NCBI GenBank assembly: GCA_037128215.1
Contig: JBAXWW010000016.1
Span: 1 to 14,657 of the forward strand
Direction: 5' to 3'
Origin: a bacterium
GTDB taxonomy: Bacteria; Bdellovibrionota; JAFGOL01
DNA: 14,657 bases
In this document: positions 7,467-14,657 of the stretch, one piece after another
Layout of the letters: each line of letters starts with the position of its first letter
Position numbering within the stretch: position 1 is the first letter of the stretch
Position numbers and translations under genes: made by a program
Notes under the pieces: model-generated
What the model saw: the letters and a program-made list of their open reading frames with translations, nothing else
Database searches by the model: none
What the model was told of the DNA's origin: nothing

Positions 7467-8816
7467 ATGTCTGAAAATGAAAATGGAAATGGGGTCGCCA
7501 ACGCGAACGGAAATGGCAACGGTAATGGTGGCAATGGAAACGGAGGCCCAAATGGAGCAGCTTTATATCTTCATGATTTAAAGCAAATGAAAATTGAAAA
7601 AATAACTGAGCTGGCAAATCAATACGAAGTAGAAAACCCTGCAGGATTAAAAAGGCAGGAACTTATTTTTGCCATAATAAAAGCCCACGCAGAAAAAGAA
7701 GGGCAAATATATGCTGATGGTGTTCTTGAAATATTACCTGATGGATTTGGTTTTATAAGATCACAGGATTATAGCTATCTTCCTGGCCCAGACGACATAT
7801 ATGTTTCTCCGTCGCAGATAAGAAGATTTAACTTAAGGACTGGAGATACTATAAGCGGTCAAATAAGACCTCCAAAAGACTCAGAAAGATATTTTGCAAT
7901 GCTTAAAGTAGAGACTGTCAACTTTGAGTCTCCAGAAGTTGCAAAAGATAAGATATTATTTGATAACTTAACTCCTCTATATCCTGATAAGAAATTCAGT
8001 ATGGAATTCCCATATCCAACTACTGATATTTCTACACGTATAGTAGATATGCTTACACCGATAGGAAAGGGACAGCGTGCCTTGATAGTTGCTCCTCCAA
8101 GAGCAGGAAAAACAGTTCTTTTACAGAACGTTGCTAATGCAATAACGGCGAATCATCCAGAAGTTACTCTGATAGTTCTTCTTATAGATGAACGTCCTGA
8201 GGAAGTTACAGACATGCAGAGGAACGTAAAAGGAGAAGTTGTTAGTTCAACTTTCGACGAGCCTGCAAGTCGTCATGTTCAGGTCGCAGAAATGGTAATA
8301 GAGAAAGCAAAACGTTTAACAGAGCACAAAAGAGATGTTGTAATACTTTTAGATAGTATCACTCGTCTTGCAAGAGCATACAACACAGTTGTTCCTCCAT
8401 CAGGAAAGGTTTTGTCAGGTGGTGTTGATGCTAACGCTCTACATAAACCAAAAAGATTCTTTGGTGCAGCAAGAAATATAGAAGAAGGCGGAAGTCTTAC
8501 AATTATAGCAACAGCACTTGTTGATACAGGTTCAAGAATGGACGATGTAATATTTGAAGAATTCAAAGGAACAGGTAACTCAGAAATACATCTAGATAGA
8601 AAGTTAATGGAAAAGAGAATTTTCCCATGTATTGATGTTAATAAATCTGGTACAAGAAAAGAAGATTTATTGCTTGATCCTTTTACACTACAGAGAGTAT
8701 GGATCTTGAGGAAAGTATTAAGTCCTATGAACCAGGTGGAAGCGATGGAGTTCTTACTAGATAAGATGAAAGGCTCCAAGACTAACCAAGAATTTTTTAG
8801 CTCAATGTCCGGGTAA
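7467..8816 (+). CDS. rho: Transcription termination factor Rho with Asn/Gly-rich N-terminal extension
   Basis: TAGGAGAG Shine-Dalgarno. N-terminal helical domain, CSD-like RNA-binding segment ([12 protein letters not shown]), Walker [10 protein letters not shown], and the C-terminal ATPase core typical of Rho. Residues 3-32 are an NGNG low-complexity tract. Confidence 0.93.
   Translation: MSENENGNGVANANGNGNGNGGNGNGGPNGAALYLHDLKQMKIEKITELANQYEVENPAGLKRQELIFAIIKAHAEKEGQIYADGVLEILPDGFGFIRSQDYSYLPGPDDIYVSPSQIRRFNLRTGDTISGQIRPPKDSERYFAMLKVETVNFESPEVAKDKILFDNLTPLYPDKKFSMEFPYPTTDISTRIVDMLTPIGKGQRALIVAPPRAGKTVLLQNVANAITANHPEVTLIVLLIDERPEEVTDMQRNVKGEVVSSTFDEPASRHVQVAEMVIEKAKRLTEHKRDVVILLDSITRLARAYNTVVPPSGKVLSGGVDANALHKPKRFFGAARNIEEGGSLTIIATALVDTGSRMDDVIFEEFKGTGNSEIHLDRKLMEKRIFPCIDVNKSGTRKEDLLLDPFTLQRVWILRKVLSPMNQVEAMEFLLDKMKGSKTNQEFFSSMSG
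7476..7556 (+). repeat. In-frame tandem hexanucleotide-like repeat (AAT/AAC-GGN)n encoding the NGNGNG tract at the Rho N-terminus
   Basis: aatgaaaatggaaatgggg...aacggaaatggcaacggtaatggtggcaatggaaacggaggcccaaatgga, visible directly in the sequence. Confidence 0.8.
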
Positions 8817-8837
8817 TCAACTTTTAGGGTAGGTAAG

Positions 8838-9476
8838 ATGAAATTCGAAACAATTGTAACAGGTCCGTTGTCGGTAAACACATATTTGTTATATGATGAA
8901 GAAACAAAGGATTGTGTCGTAGTAGATCCAGGTGATGAAGCTAGTCTAATAATAGACAGAATAGAGGAACTTAAGCTAATTCCAAAAGAGATATGGCTAA
9001 CGCATGCACACTTTGATCATCTTGGAGCCTTATCTTCGCTTTTTCAAAAATATAAGGCAACTATATATCTTCACAGCGAAGATTATTCCCTTTATAAAAA
9101 TGCTGTTGAACATTCCAATGTGTTTGGTGTGGAGATAGAAATACCTCCATCAAATCCTAGTTTTTTCAACATGAATATACATAAAAGGAATATAGGCAGC
9201 TTCGTTATAGAGATATTGCATACTCCAGGACATACTCCGGGTAGTGTCTCTTTCTACAATAAGGAAAGTAATATGATCTTTGTTGGAGACCTCATATTTG
9301 AAGGAAGTGTTGGAAGAACAGATCTGCCTGGTGGTTCTTTTGATGTTCTGGAAAAGAGCATAATAGAACAGATATATAGCAAGGGCGATGCCTGTGTTAT
9401 TTACCCAGGTCATGGGCCTAAAACTACAGTTGGAAGAGAAAAAAAGAATAATCCTTTTGTAAAAATGAAAGGTTAG
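8838..9476 (+). CDS. MBL-fold metallo-hydrolase (glyoxalase II / YcbL-like)
   Basis: THAHFDHLG metal-binding motif, later HTPGHTPGS and D..F..S.GRTD motifs. AGGT Shine-Dalgarno. 21 nt downstream of the rho stop. Confidence 0.85.
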   Translation: MKFETIVTGPLSVNTYLLYDEETKDCVVVDPGDEASLIIDRIEELKLIPKEIWLTHAHFDHLGALSSLFQKYKATIYLHSEDYSLYKNAVEHSNVFGVEIEIPPSNPSFFNMNIHKRNIGSFVIEILHTPGHTPGSVSFYNKESNMIFVGDLIFEGSVGRTDLPGGSFDVLEKSIIEQIYSKGDACVIYPGHGPKTTVGREKKNNPFVKMKG

Positions 9477-9481
9477 TTTTT

Positions 9482-10240
9482 ATGGATATAAAAAATAGCG
9501 CTATTAATTATCTATCGCACCTTAGTTCTAGGGGCGTAAGGTATGTTACTAACGTTGAGCCTGTAAAAGAAACAATCAAAAAAACTGTCGTTCCTACTGT
9601 CACTAATGTTACCAAAGCAAGTTCTCCAATTAATAAAATTAAAATGTCAGATAGTGTTGATTGTTCTAATGTTAAATCACTAGAAGAAATAAGAGCCTGC
9701 ATAGGTGATTGTAAAAGATGCAGACTTTCTGAAGCTAGGACAAATATCGTTTTTGGTGAAGGAAACATTAACGCTGATCTAATGTTTGTGGGAGAAGGTC
9801 CTGGGCAAGATGAGGATCAGACTGGTCGTCCTTTTGTTGGTAGAGCTGGCCAATTATTAACAAAGATAATAGAGGCTATGAAATTAAAGAGAGAAGATGT
9901 TTACATCGCAAATATAGTAAAATGTAGGCCACCAGGAAACAGAACTCCTGTAGATGATGAAATAATGACCTGTTCACCTTTTCTTATGTCTCAGATAAGT
10001 ATGATAAAACCAAAAGTGATAGTAGCTCTTGGTTCTCCAGCGACATGTACATTGTTGAATGAAAAAATAAAGATCACAGCTATCAGAGGAACTTTTTATG
10101 ATTGGAAGGATGGAATAAAGTTAATGCCTACATTCCACCCGGCGTATCTTCTTAGGAATTATAGTACAGACAATAGACGTTTTGTCTGGGACGATATGCA
10201 AAAAGTAATGGCGTTTCTTGAACAAGGGAGGAATTTATGA
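9482..10240 (+). CDS. Uracil-DNA glycosylase, family 4 (Fe-S cluster type), with possible ~54-aa N-terminal extension
   Basis: CKRC...[23 protein letters not shown]...[19 protein letters not shown]...HPAYLLR is near-identical in motif order to Thermus UDGA-type enzymes. Start at 9482 is 5 nt after the MBL stop with a weak AAAGG Shine-Dalgarno. Alternative internal start at ATG 9644. Confidence 0.87.
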   Translation: MDIKNSAINYLSHLSSRGVRYVTNVEPVKETIKKTVVPTVTNVTKASSPINKIKMSDSVDCSNVKSLEEIRACIGDCKRCRLSEARTNIVFGEGNINADLMFVGEGPGQDEDQTGRPFVGRAGQLLTKIIEAMKLKREDVYIANIVKCRPPGNRTPVDDEIMTCSPFLMSQISMIKPKVIVALGSPATCTLLNEKIKITAIRGTFYDWKDGIKLMPTFHPAYLLRNYSTDNRRFVWDDMQKVMAFLEQGRNL

Positions 10241-10971
10241 CTTTAGTAGCTTTGTTGGTGTTTTTGGGAATTATAATTTTGTCAGGAATAAAAATTCTTA
10301 ATGAATACGAAAGAGGAGTTATATTCAGGCTTGGTAGATGTCTTGGTTACAAGGGGCCTGGTCTTATTTATGTAATACCTTTTATAGACAAGATGGTTAG
10401 GGTAAGTTTAAGAACAGTTGTTCTTGATGTACCACCACAGGATGTAATAACAAAGGATAATATTTCTGTAAAAGTTAACGCTGTAATTTATTTTAGCGTT
10501 GTTGACCCAAAAAAAGCGGTTATAGCTGTTGAAGATTTTTTATATGCTACATCACAGCTTTCTCAGACAACTTTAAGATCGGTTCTTGGTCAATCTGAGT
10601 TGGATGAATTGTTAAGTTTAAGAGAAAAAATAAATGATCACCTTCAGTCTATACTTGACCAGCATACAGACCAGTGGGGTATAAAAATATCCAAAGTAGA
10701 AGTTAAGAACATAGACCTTCCAAAAGAAATGCAGAGAGCTATAGCTAGGCAGGCGGAAGCAGAAAGAGAAAGAAGAGCAAAAATCATTGCCGCTGATGCT
10801 GAATTCCAGGCAGCGACAAAACTTGCTGCTGCTGCAGAAATAATAGCAACACAGCCTGCTGCTATACAGTTAAGATATTTACAAACACTGACTGAAATAG
10901 CTGTAGAAAATAACACGACAACGATATTCCCTGTACCGGTTGATTTTTTGAACAGTCTGTTTAAAAAATAA
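10237..10971 (+). CDS. SPFH/band-7 (stomatin/QmcA-like) membrane protein
   Basis: N-terminal TM helix, then [30 protein letters not shown] signature. Ala-rich coiled C-terminal region. Start overlaps the UDG stop (ATGA). Confidence 0.88.
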   Translation: MTLVALLVFLGIIILSGIKILNEYERGVIFRLGRCLGYKGPGLIYVIPFIDKMVRVSLRTVVLDVPPQDVITKDNISVKVNAVIYFSVVDPKKAVIAVEDFLYATSQLSQTTLRSVLGQSELDELLSLREKINDHLQSILDQHTDQWGIKISKVEVKNIDLPKEMQRAIARQAEAERERRAKIIAADAEFQAATKLAAAAEIIATQPAAIQLRYLQTLTEIAVENNTTTIFPVPVDFLNSLFKK

Positions 10972-10989
10972 TAAGAAACGAGATTGAAT

Positions 10990-11030
10990 TTAGAAACTAT
11001 ATAGATAGAATAAGTAAACTATGTTTCTAA
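10990..11030. repeat. 8-bp perfect inverted repeat TTAGAAAC ... GTTTCTAA with 25-nt spacer, upstream of the lipoprotein promoter
   Basis: Seen directly in the sequence. Sits about 70 nt upstream of the -35 element. No T-tract follows, so it is not an obvious terminator. Confidence 0.5.
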
Positions 11031-11100
11031 CTTGTGCAGTCTATAAACATGTAGCCTTTACAAGTGGTCATACCTTTTTCATAATATCCACGACAATCAA

Positions 11101-11130
11101 TTGACGTAAAAACCGGTTCCAGGCTATAAT
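11101..11130 (+). promoter_or_regulatory. Near-consensus sigma70 promoter (TTGACG - 18 nt - TATAAT) driving the lipoprotein gene
   Basis: -35 TTGACG at 11101-11106 and perfect -10 TATAAT at 11125-11130. Predicted transcript start about 11137, downstream of the ATG at 11135 used by the ORF track. Confidence 0.6.
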
Positions 11131-11179
11131 AAAAATGCCTATTTTGCTTAATACGTTTTTTTTCAAAGGAGTTTTAATC

Positions 11180-12202
11180 ATGAAAAATAAATTATTTCTT
11201 GTGAGTTTAGTGTGTTTTGTCTTGGTTCTATCGTCTTGTAATAACAATGGGAACACGAACTCTAACGGTAATAATGGCAATATTGGCAGTAATACCCCTA
11301 CTAATAACAGCGAAGCTAATAATATAGCAACTCCACTTAAAATAGGTGATAAAGTTACATTCACAGCAGATGGAGTTAGTTTTAAAATGGCTTATATTCC
11401 AGGTGGATTAAGTTTTCCGATTAAAGATAATGATAGTGGAACTTCGACGGTAGCGAACGCATATTGGATAGGAGAAACAGAACTTACATATGAACTTTGG
11501 TACAAGGTTAGGGTCTGGGCTATGTCTAATGGTTATAACTTTGCCTATGCTGGGAATGAATCAGCAGCTAGCCAAGAGGGAGCTGCTCCAACAGCGGCAA
11601 AAGATAATCCAGTACAAAGAATCAATTGGCGAGATATTATGATTTTTACTAATGCATTAACGGAATGGTACAACGCTACAGCCAAAACTAATTATACTTG
11701 CGCTTATTATGCCGATGCTGCTTACACAACACCTTTAAGAACTGCAACAACTAGTTTTACTATTACTAACACTACTTTAGGCTCTCAAGATGCACCTTAT
11801 ATAAAAACTGATGCAAGTGGTTTTAGATTATTGACTAATGATGAATGGGAACTTGCGGCAAGATATAAAGACGGAACAAACTGGACTCCTGGTAGTTATG
11901 CCAGTGGTGCTAGCGCCGATTATAATAACGAGGCAGCAACAGAAGCGGTAGCTTGGTATAATACCAATGCTTCTAATGATGTTCATGCTGTAAAGAGTAA
12001 ACTTCCCAATGCTCTGGGTTTATATGATATGAGCGGTAATGTGGGTGAATGGACTATTAATTCTACTGACTCTTATCGTGTTTGGCGTGGTGGAGGTTGG
12101 GTTGATAGAGCATTAATTATGCAGTTAAGCCTTCAGGTTTCAAGCAACCCTGCTTATACTAGTCCATCTACTGGTTTCAGACTTGCGAGGACAGCTTTAT
12201 AA
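11180..12202 (+). CDS. FGE-sulfatase (SUMF1/formylglycine-generating enzyme) fold lipoprotein, probably non-catalytic
   Basis: AAAGGAG Shine-Dalgarno 8 nt before ATG 11180. Signal peptide MKNKLFLVSLVCFVLVLSSC with a lipobox Cys, followed by an Asn/Gly/Thr-rich linker. FGE-domain hallmarks GFRLL...WELAARY, LYDMSGNVGEW, RVWRGGGW, GFRLART. The conserved CxxxxC active-site pair of true FGEs is absent. Confidence 0.82.
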   Translation: MKNKLFLVSLVCFVLVLSSCNNNGNTNSNGNNGNIGSNTPTNNSEANNIATPLKIGDKVTFTADGVSFKMAYIPGGLSFPIKDNDSGTSTVANAYWIGETELTYELWYKVRVWAMSNGYNFAYAGNESAASQEGAAPTAAKDNPVQRINWRDIMIFTNALTEWYNATAKTNYTCAYYADAAYTTPLRTATTSFTITNTTLGSQDAPYIKTDASGFRLLTNDEWELAARYKDGTNWTPGSYASGASADYNNEAATEAVAWYNTNASNDVHAVKSKLPNALGLYDMSGNVGEWTINSTDSYRVWRGGGWVDRALIMQLSLQVSSNPAYTSPSTGFRLARTAL

Positions 12203-12206
12203 GCTT

Positions 12207-12235
12207 TTGTCATTTTTGTTAAAACCTAGTAAGAT
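12207..12235 (+). promoter_or_regulatory. Candidate sigma70 promoter for ftsK (TTGTCA - 17 nt - TAAGAT)
   Basis: Spacing and hexamers are reasonable and it lies about 45 nt upstream of the ftsK ATG. A GGGGG Shine-Dalgarno precedes the start. Confidence 0.35.
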
Positions 12236-12277
12236 AGTCTTGTTAAGATTCTCAACAGAATTGGGGGCAAGATATTC

Positions 12278-14491
12278 ATGGAATTTTCCAAAAAAGACAT
12301 AATGGGCGTTTTGTTTATTGTTCTAGCTGTTTTTACTTTTCTAGCTCTAACAACATACAGCTCAACAGATCCTTCATTTACTAACGCTGCACGTACTACA
12401 ATTACAGATAATTCAGATGCACAAAGTTACGCCAAAGCTGTTGGTGAAATAACTGAGCCTGTTAAGAATATGTTAGGGCTTTTTGGCTCATATAGCTCGG
12501 ATCTTCTTCTGAATATATTTGGTATATCCTCTTTTGCGATCCCTTTTGCTTTTTTACTTAGTGCTATATTTATCTTTTTTACCTCGGGGAAGGCTGATTT
12601 TTCTTATCTAAGGGGTGGTGTAATACTGGCTCTGGTATTTTTTCTTTCTATAACTTTTCATACAATAGCTGGGAGCATAACTTATGGAGGTGCTGTTTTT
12701 TCTGCCGGTGGTGTGCTTGGTTCTAATCTCTCCTCTTTTATAACTCCATATTTGAGCAGGGTAGGAACTGCAATAATCGGTATTACCGTCAGTATGTTAT
12801 TACTTTTCTATCTGATCAATATATCTGTGACCACAGGAACAACGATGATGGCTGTTATTTTCTATAAGGGTGTTATTGTACCTGTTGTTACTATTTATAA
12901 GGGCTTGGCTTGGTTTACTACATGGATAGCTTCAAAGACTAATAAAAAAGATTTTCCAAAAGATGATGAATTAATAAAAGAAGCAGAAAAAGCTCTCAGA
13001 GGTAAGGCAACAACTTTTAAAGTAAAGGCTGCTCCAACAATAAAACAGCAAGAAATCTCTGATGAAGAAGCTTTTGATAAGACTATAAAGAAATCTTTTA
13101 ACGACGATTATGAACTGCCTTCTGTAGAACTTCTTAACAAACCGACAAAGATAAGGACCAAAGAGGACCACTCTGAATTAAAGGCAACAGCCTCTGCAGT
13201 ACAAAATAGGCTTAAGGACTTTGATGTTGATGGCGAAATAGTAGAAGTTTCTCCAGGTCCAGTTATAACTATGTATGAATTTAAACCAGCACCTGGTGTT
13301 AAGATAAATAAAGTTGCTAACCTTAGCGATGATCTTGCCCTTGCTCTTGGTTGTGGTAGTCTTAGAGTAATTGCTCCAATCCCTGGAAAATCTGTAATAG
13401 GTATAGAGGTCCCAAATAAAACTAGAGAGACTGTCTATATAAGGGAACTTATAGACTCTAATCTTTTTAAGACGGCAGATAAAAAGATACCGTTGGTAAT
13501 AGGTAAAGACACAGAGGGAAATCCTTACGTTGAGGATCTGTCTAAAATGCCTCATTTACTTGTTGCTGGTTCTACAGGCTCTGGAAAATCAGTGTTTATA
13601 AACTCTTTGATCTGTTCCATATTATATAAATTTTCACCAAAAGAAGTAAGGATGATAATGGTAGATCCAAAAATGTTGGAACTTTCCATGTATGAAGGGA
13701 TTCCTCATCTGTTACACCCAGTTGTTACCAACGCAGCAAAGGCTGCACAGGCTCTAAAATGGGCCGTTAGAGAAATGATGGATAGATATGCGATACTTGC
13801 TTCAAAAAATGCCAGAAGCATAACTTCATACAACGCAGAAGCAGAAGAACCGATGCCTTATATAGTCATTATAGTAGATGAACTTGCAGATCTTATGATG
13901 GTAAGTTCAAAGGATGTTGAGTCTGCAATTACTAGACTTGCACAGATGGCAAGAGCAGCCGGTATACATTTGGTATTAGCTACACAAAGACCATCTGTAG
14001 ACGTTATAACTGGTCTTATAAAAGCAAATTTTCCAGCTAGGATAGCTTTTAAAGTTGCTTCAAAAATAGATTCAAGGACTATTTTAGATACTATGGGAGC
14101 TGATCAATTACTTGGAATGGGTGACATGTTATTTTTACCTCCAGGCACGGCAAGATTGGAAAGACTTCATGGTGCCTTTGTAAGTGATGAAGAAGTAAAA
14201 AGAGTTGTCGACTTTGTAAAAGAGCAGGGAGCTCCAGATTATAAGATACAAATACCAGATGATGATAAAGACCTTGAGACTAATGTAAGCGATGACGAGG
14301 ATGAATTATACGATCAGGCAGTTAACATAGTCGTGGAAACTAGAAAAACTTCTATATCCTATATACAGAGGCGTCTTGGTGTCGGTTACAATAGAGCTGC
14401 CAATATAATGGAACAGATGGAAAGGAATGGAGTTGTTTCTGCAGAGTTGTCTTCTGGAAAAAGAGAAATATTAATGGATGAGATTAGATAA
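12278..14491 (+). CDS. ftsK: DNA translocase FtsK
   Basis: N-terminal multi-pass membrane domain and linker. Motor domain with Walker A GSTGSGKS and Walker B VIIVDELADLM. C-terminal gamma (winged-helix KOPS-binding) domain SYIQRRLGVGYNRAANIMEQME. Confidence 0.94.
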   Translation: MEFSKKDIMGVLFIVLAVFTFLALTTYSSTDPSFTNAARTTITDNSDAQSYAKAVGEITEPVKNMLGLFGSYSSDLLLNIFGISSFAIPFAFLLSAIFIFFTSGKADFSYLRGGVILALVFFLSITFHTIAGSITYGGAVFSAGGVLGSNLSSFITPYLSRVGTAIIGITVSMLLLFYLINISVTTGTTMMAVIFYKGVIVPVVTIYKGLAWFTTWIASKTNKKDFPKDDELIKEAEKALRGKATTFKVKAAPTIKQQEISDEEAFDKTIKKSFNDDYELPSVELLNKPTKIRTKEDHSELKATASAVQNRLKDFDVDGEIVEVSPGPVITMYEFKPAPGVKINKVANLSDDLALALGCGSLRVIAPIPGKSVIGIEVPNKTRETVYIRELIDSNLFKTADKKIPLVIGKDTEGNPYVEDLSKMPHLLVAGSTGSGKSVFINSLICSILYKFSPKEVRMIMVDPKMLELSMYEGIPHLLHPVVTNAAKAAQALKWAVREMMDRYAILASKNARSITSYNAEAEEPMPYIVIIVDELADLMMVSSKDVESAITRLAQMARAAGIHLVLATQRPSVDVITGLIKANFPARIAFKVASKIDSRTILDTMGADQLLGMGDMLFLPPGTARLERLHGAFVSDEEVKRVVDFVKEQGAPDYKIQIPDDDKDLETNVSDDEDELYDQAVNIVVETRKTSISYIQRRLGVGYNRAANIMEQMERNGVVSAELSSGKREILMDEIR

Positions 14492-14494
14492 TAT

Positions 14495-14657
14495 ATGTTT
14501 TCAAAACTAACAATAATGTCTTTACTTATTTATGCCTTTTGTCCTTTTAATACTATTTCTGCCGAGACTGTTCTTTCTAGAATAGGTGGTGAGAATGGCT
14601 TTAAAATGACATTTGAACAACAAAGTACATATCCATTTCTAAAATCCCCAAAAATAT
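14495..14657 (+). CDS. lolA: LolA-like outer-membrane lipoprotein carrier protein, N-terminal fragment (continues beyond the window)
   Basis: ATG 3 nt after the ftsK stop. Signal peptide MFSKLTIMSLLIYAFCPFNTISA, then ETVLSRIGGENGFKMTFEQQ resembles the LolA N-terminus (F.A.F.Q pattern). ftsK-lolA adjacency is conserved in E. coli. Confidence 0.5.
   Translation, partial: MFSKLTIMSLLIYAFCPFNTISAETVLSRIGGENGFKMTFEQQSTYPFLKSPKI

Noticed and set aside
8279-8881. 200-aa minus-strand ORF antisense to the rho 3' half
   Set aside because: It lies within the highly conserved Rho ATPase domain. It has no Shine-Dalgarno, and its composition is typical of an antisense shadow ORF.
11135-11179. N-terminal extension (MPILLNTFFFKGVLI) of the lipoprotein ORF as given in the ORF track
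   Set aside because: The ATG at 11135 lies only 5 nt after a perfect -10 TATAAT, so it is upstream of the likely transcription start. ATG 11180 has a proper Shine-Dalgarno and begins a canonical lipoprotein signal peptide.
11068-11364. 98-aa minus-strand ORF over the lipoprotein promoter and signal-peptide region
   Set aside because: It is antisense to the promoter, Shine-Dalgarno and signal peptide of a well-supported gene. Its hydrophobic mirror-image translation is a shadow of the signal peptide.
12236-12262. Small hairpin ATTCT-CAAC-AGAAT upstream of ftsK
   Set aside because: It has a 5-bp AU-rich stem and no U-tract. It probably just overlaps the 5' UTR, with no evidence of function.
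1-14657. Searched for CRISPR arrays, IS elements or transposase fragments, integrases, toxin-antitoxin pairs and defence-system signatures
   Set aside because: I found no direct-repeat/spacer arrays, no terminal inverted repeats flanking ORFs, and no transposase or integrase motifs. No small paired ORFs of toxin-antitoxin type were present. Essentially all coding capacity is accounted for by housekeeping genes.

Overview
The window is a dense, mostly +strand block of housekeeping genes from a low-GC bacterium (about 35% GC by eye). It carries one tRNA and no identifiable mobile elements, CRISPR arrays or defence islands.

Gene order:
- htpX (5' truncated by the window edge), a small conserved hypothetical protein, then htrA/degP
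- ispE, spoVG, tRNA-Gln(UUG), prs, rplY/ctc (L25), pth
- on the minus strand, converging on pth: a ComF-family phosphoribosyltransferase and a 143-aa protein of unknown function
- rho, an MBL-fold hydrolase, a family-4 uracil-DNA glycosylase, an SPFH/stomatin-like protein
- an FGE-sulfatase-fold lipoprotein under a near-consensus sigma70 promoter
- ftsK, then the start of a lolA-like gene

The ispE-spoVG-prs-ctc-pth order resembles the Bacillus arrangement. The ftsK-lolA linkage and the lipoproteins point instead to a diderm, possibly spirochete-like, organism. That taxonomic guess is inference only.

I found no clear new multi-gene system. The most unusual observations are:
- a textbook intrinsic-terminator hairpin encoded inside the conserved TRHNAGF motif of pth, built from atypical GC-ending codons
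- a tRNA-Gln lying 5 nt after the spoVG stop, inside an otherwise protein-coding operon
- an in-frame hexanucleotide Asn/Gly repeat at the N-terminus of Rho
- an FGE-fold lipoprotein that appears to lack the catalytic Cys pair
- a tightly coupled rho-MBL-UDG-SPFH unit
- an uncharacterised 143-aa protein paired with the ComF-like gene
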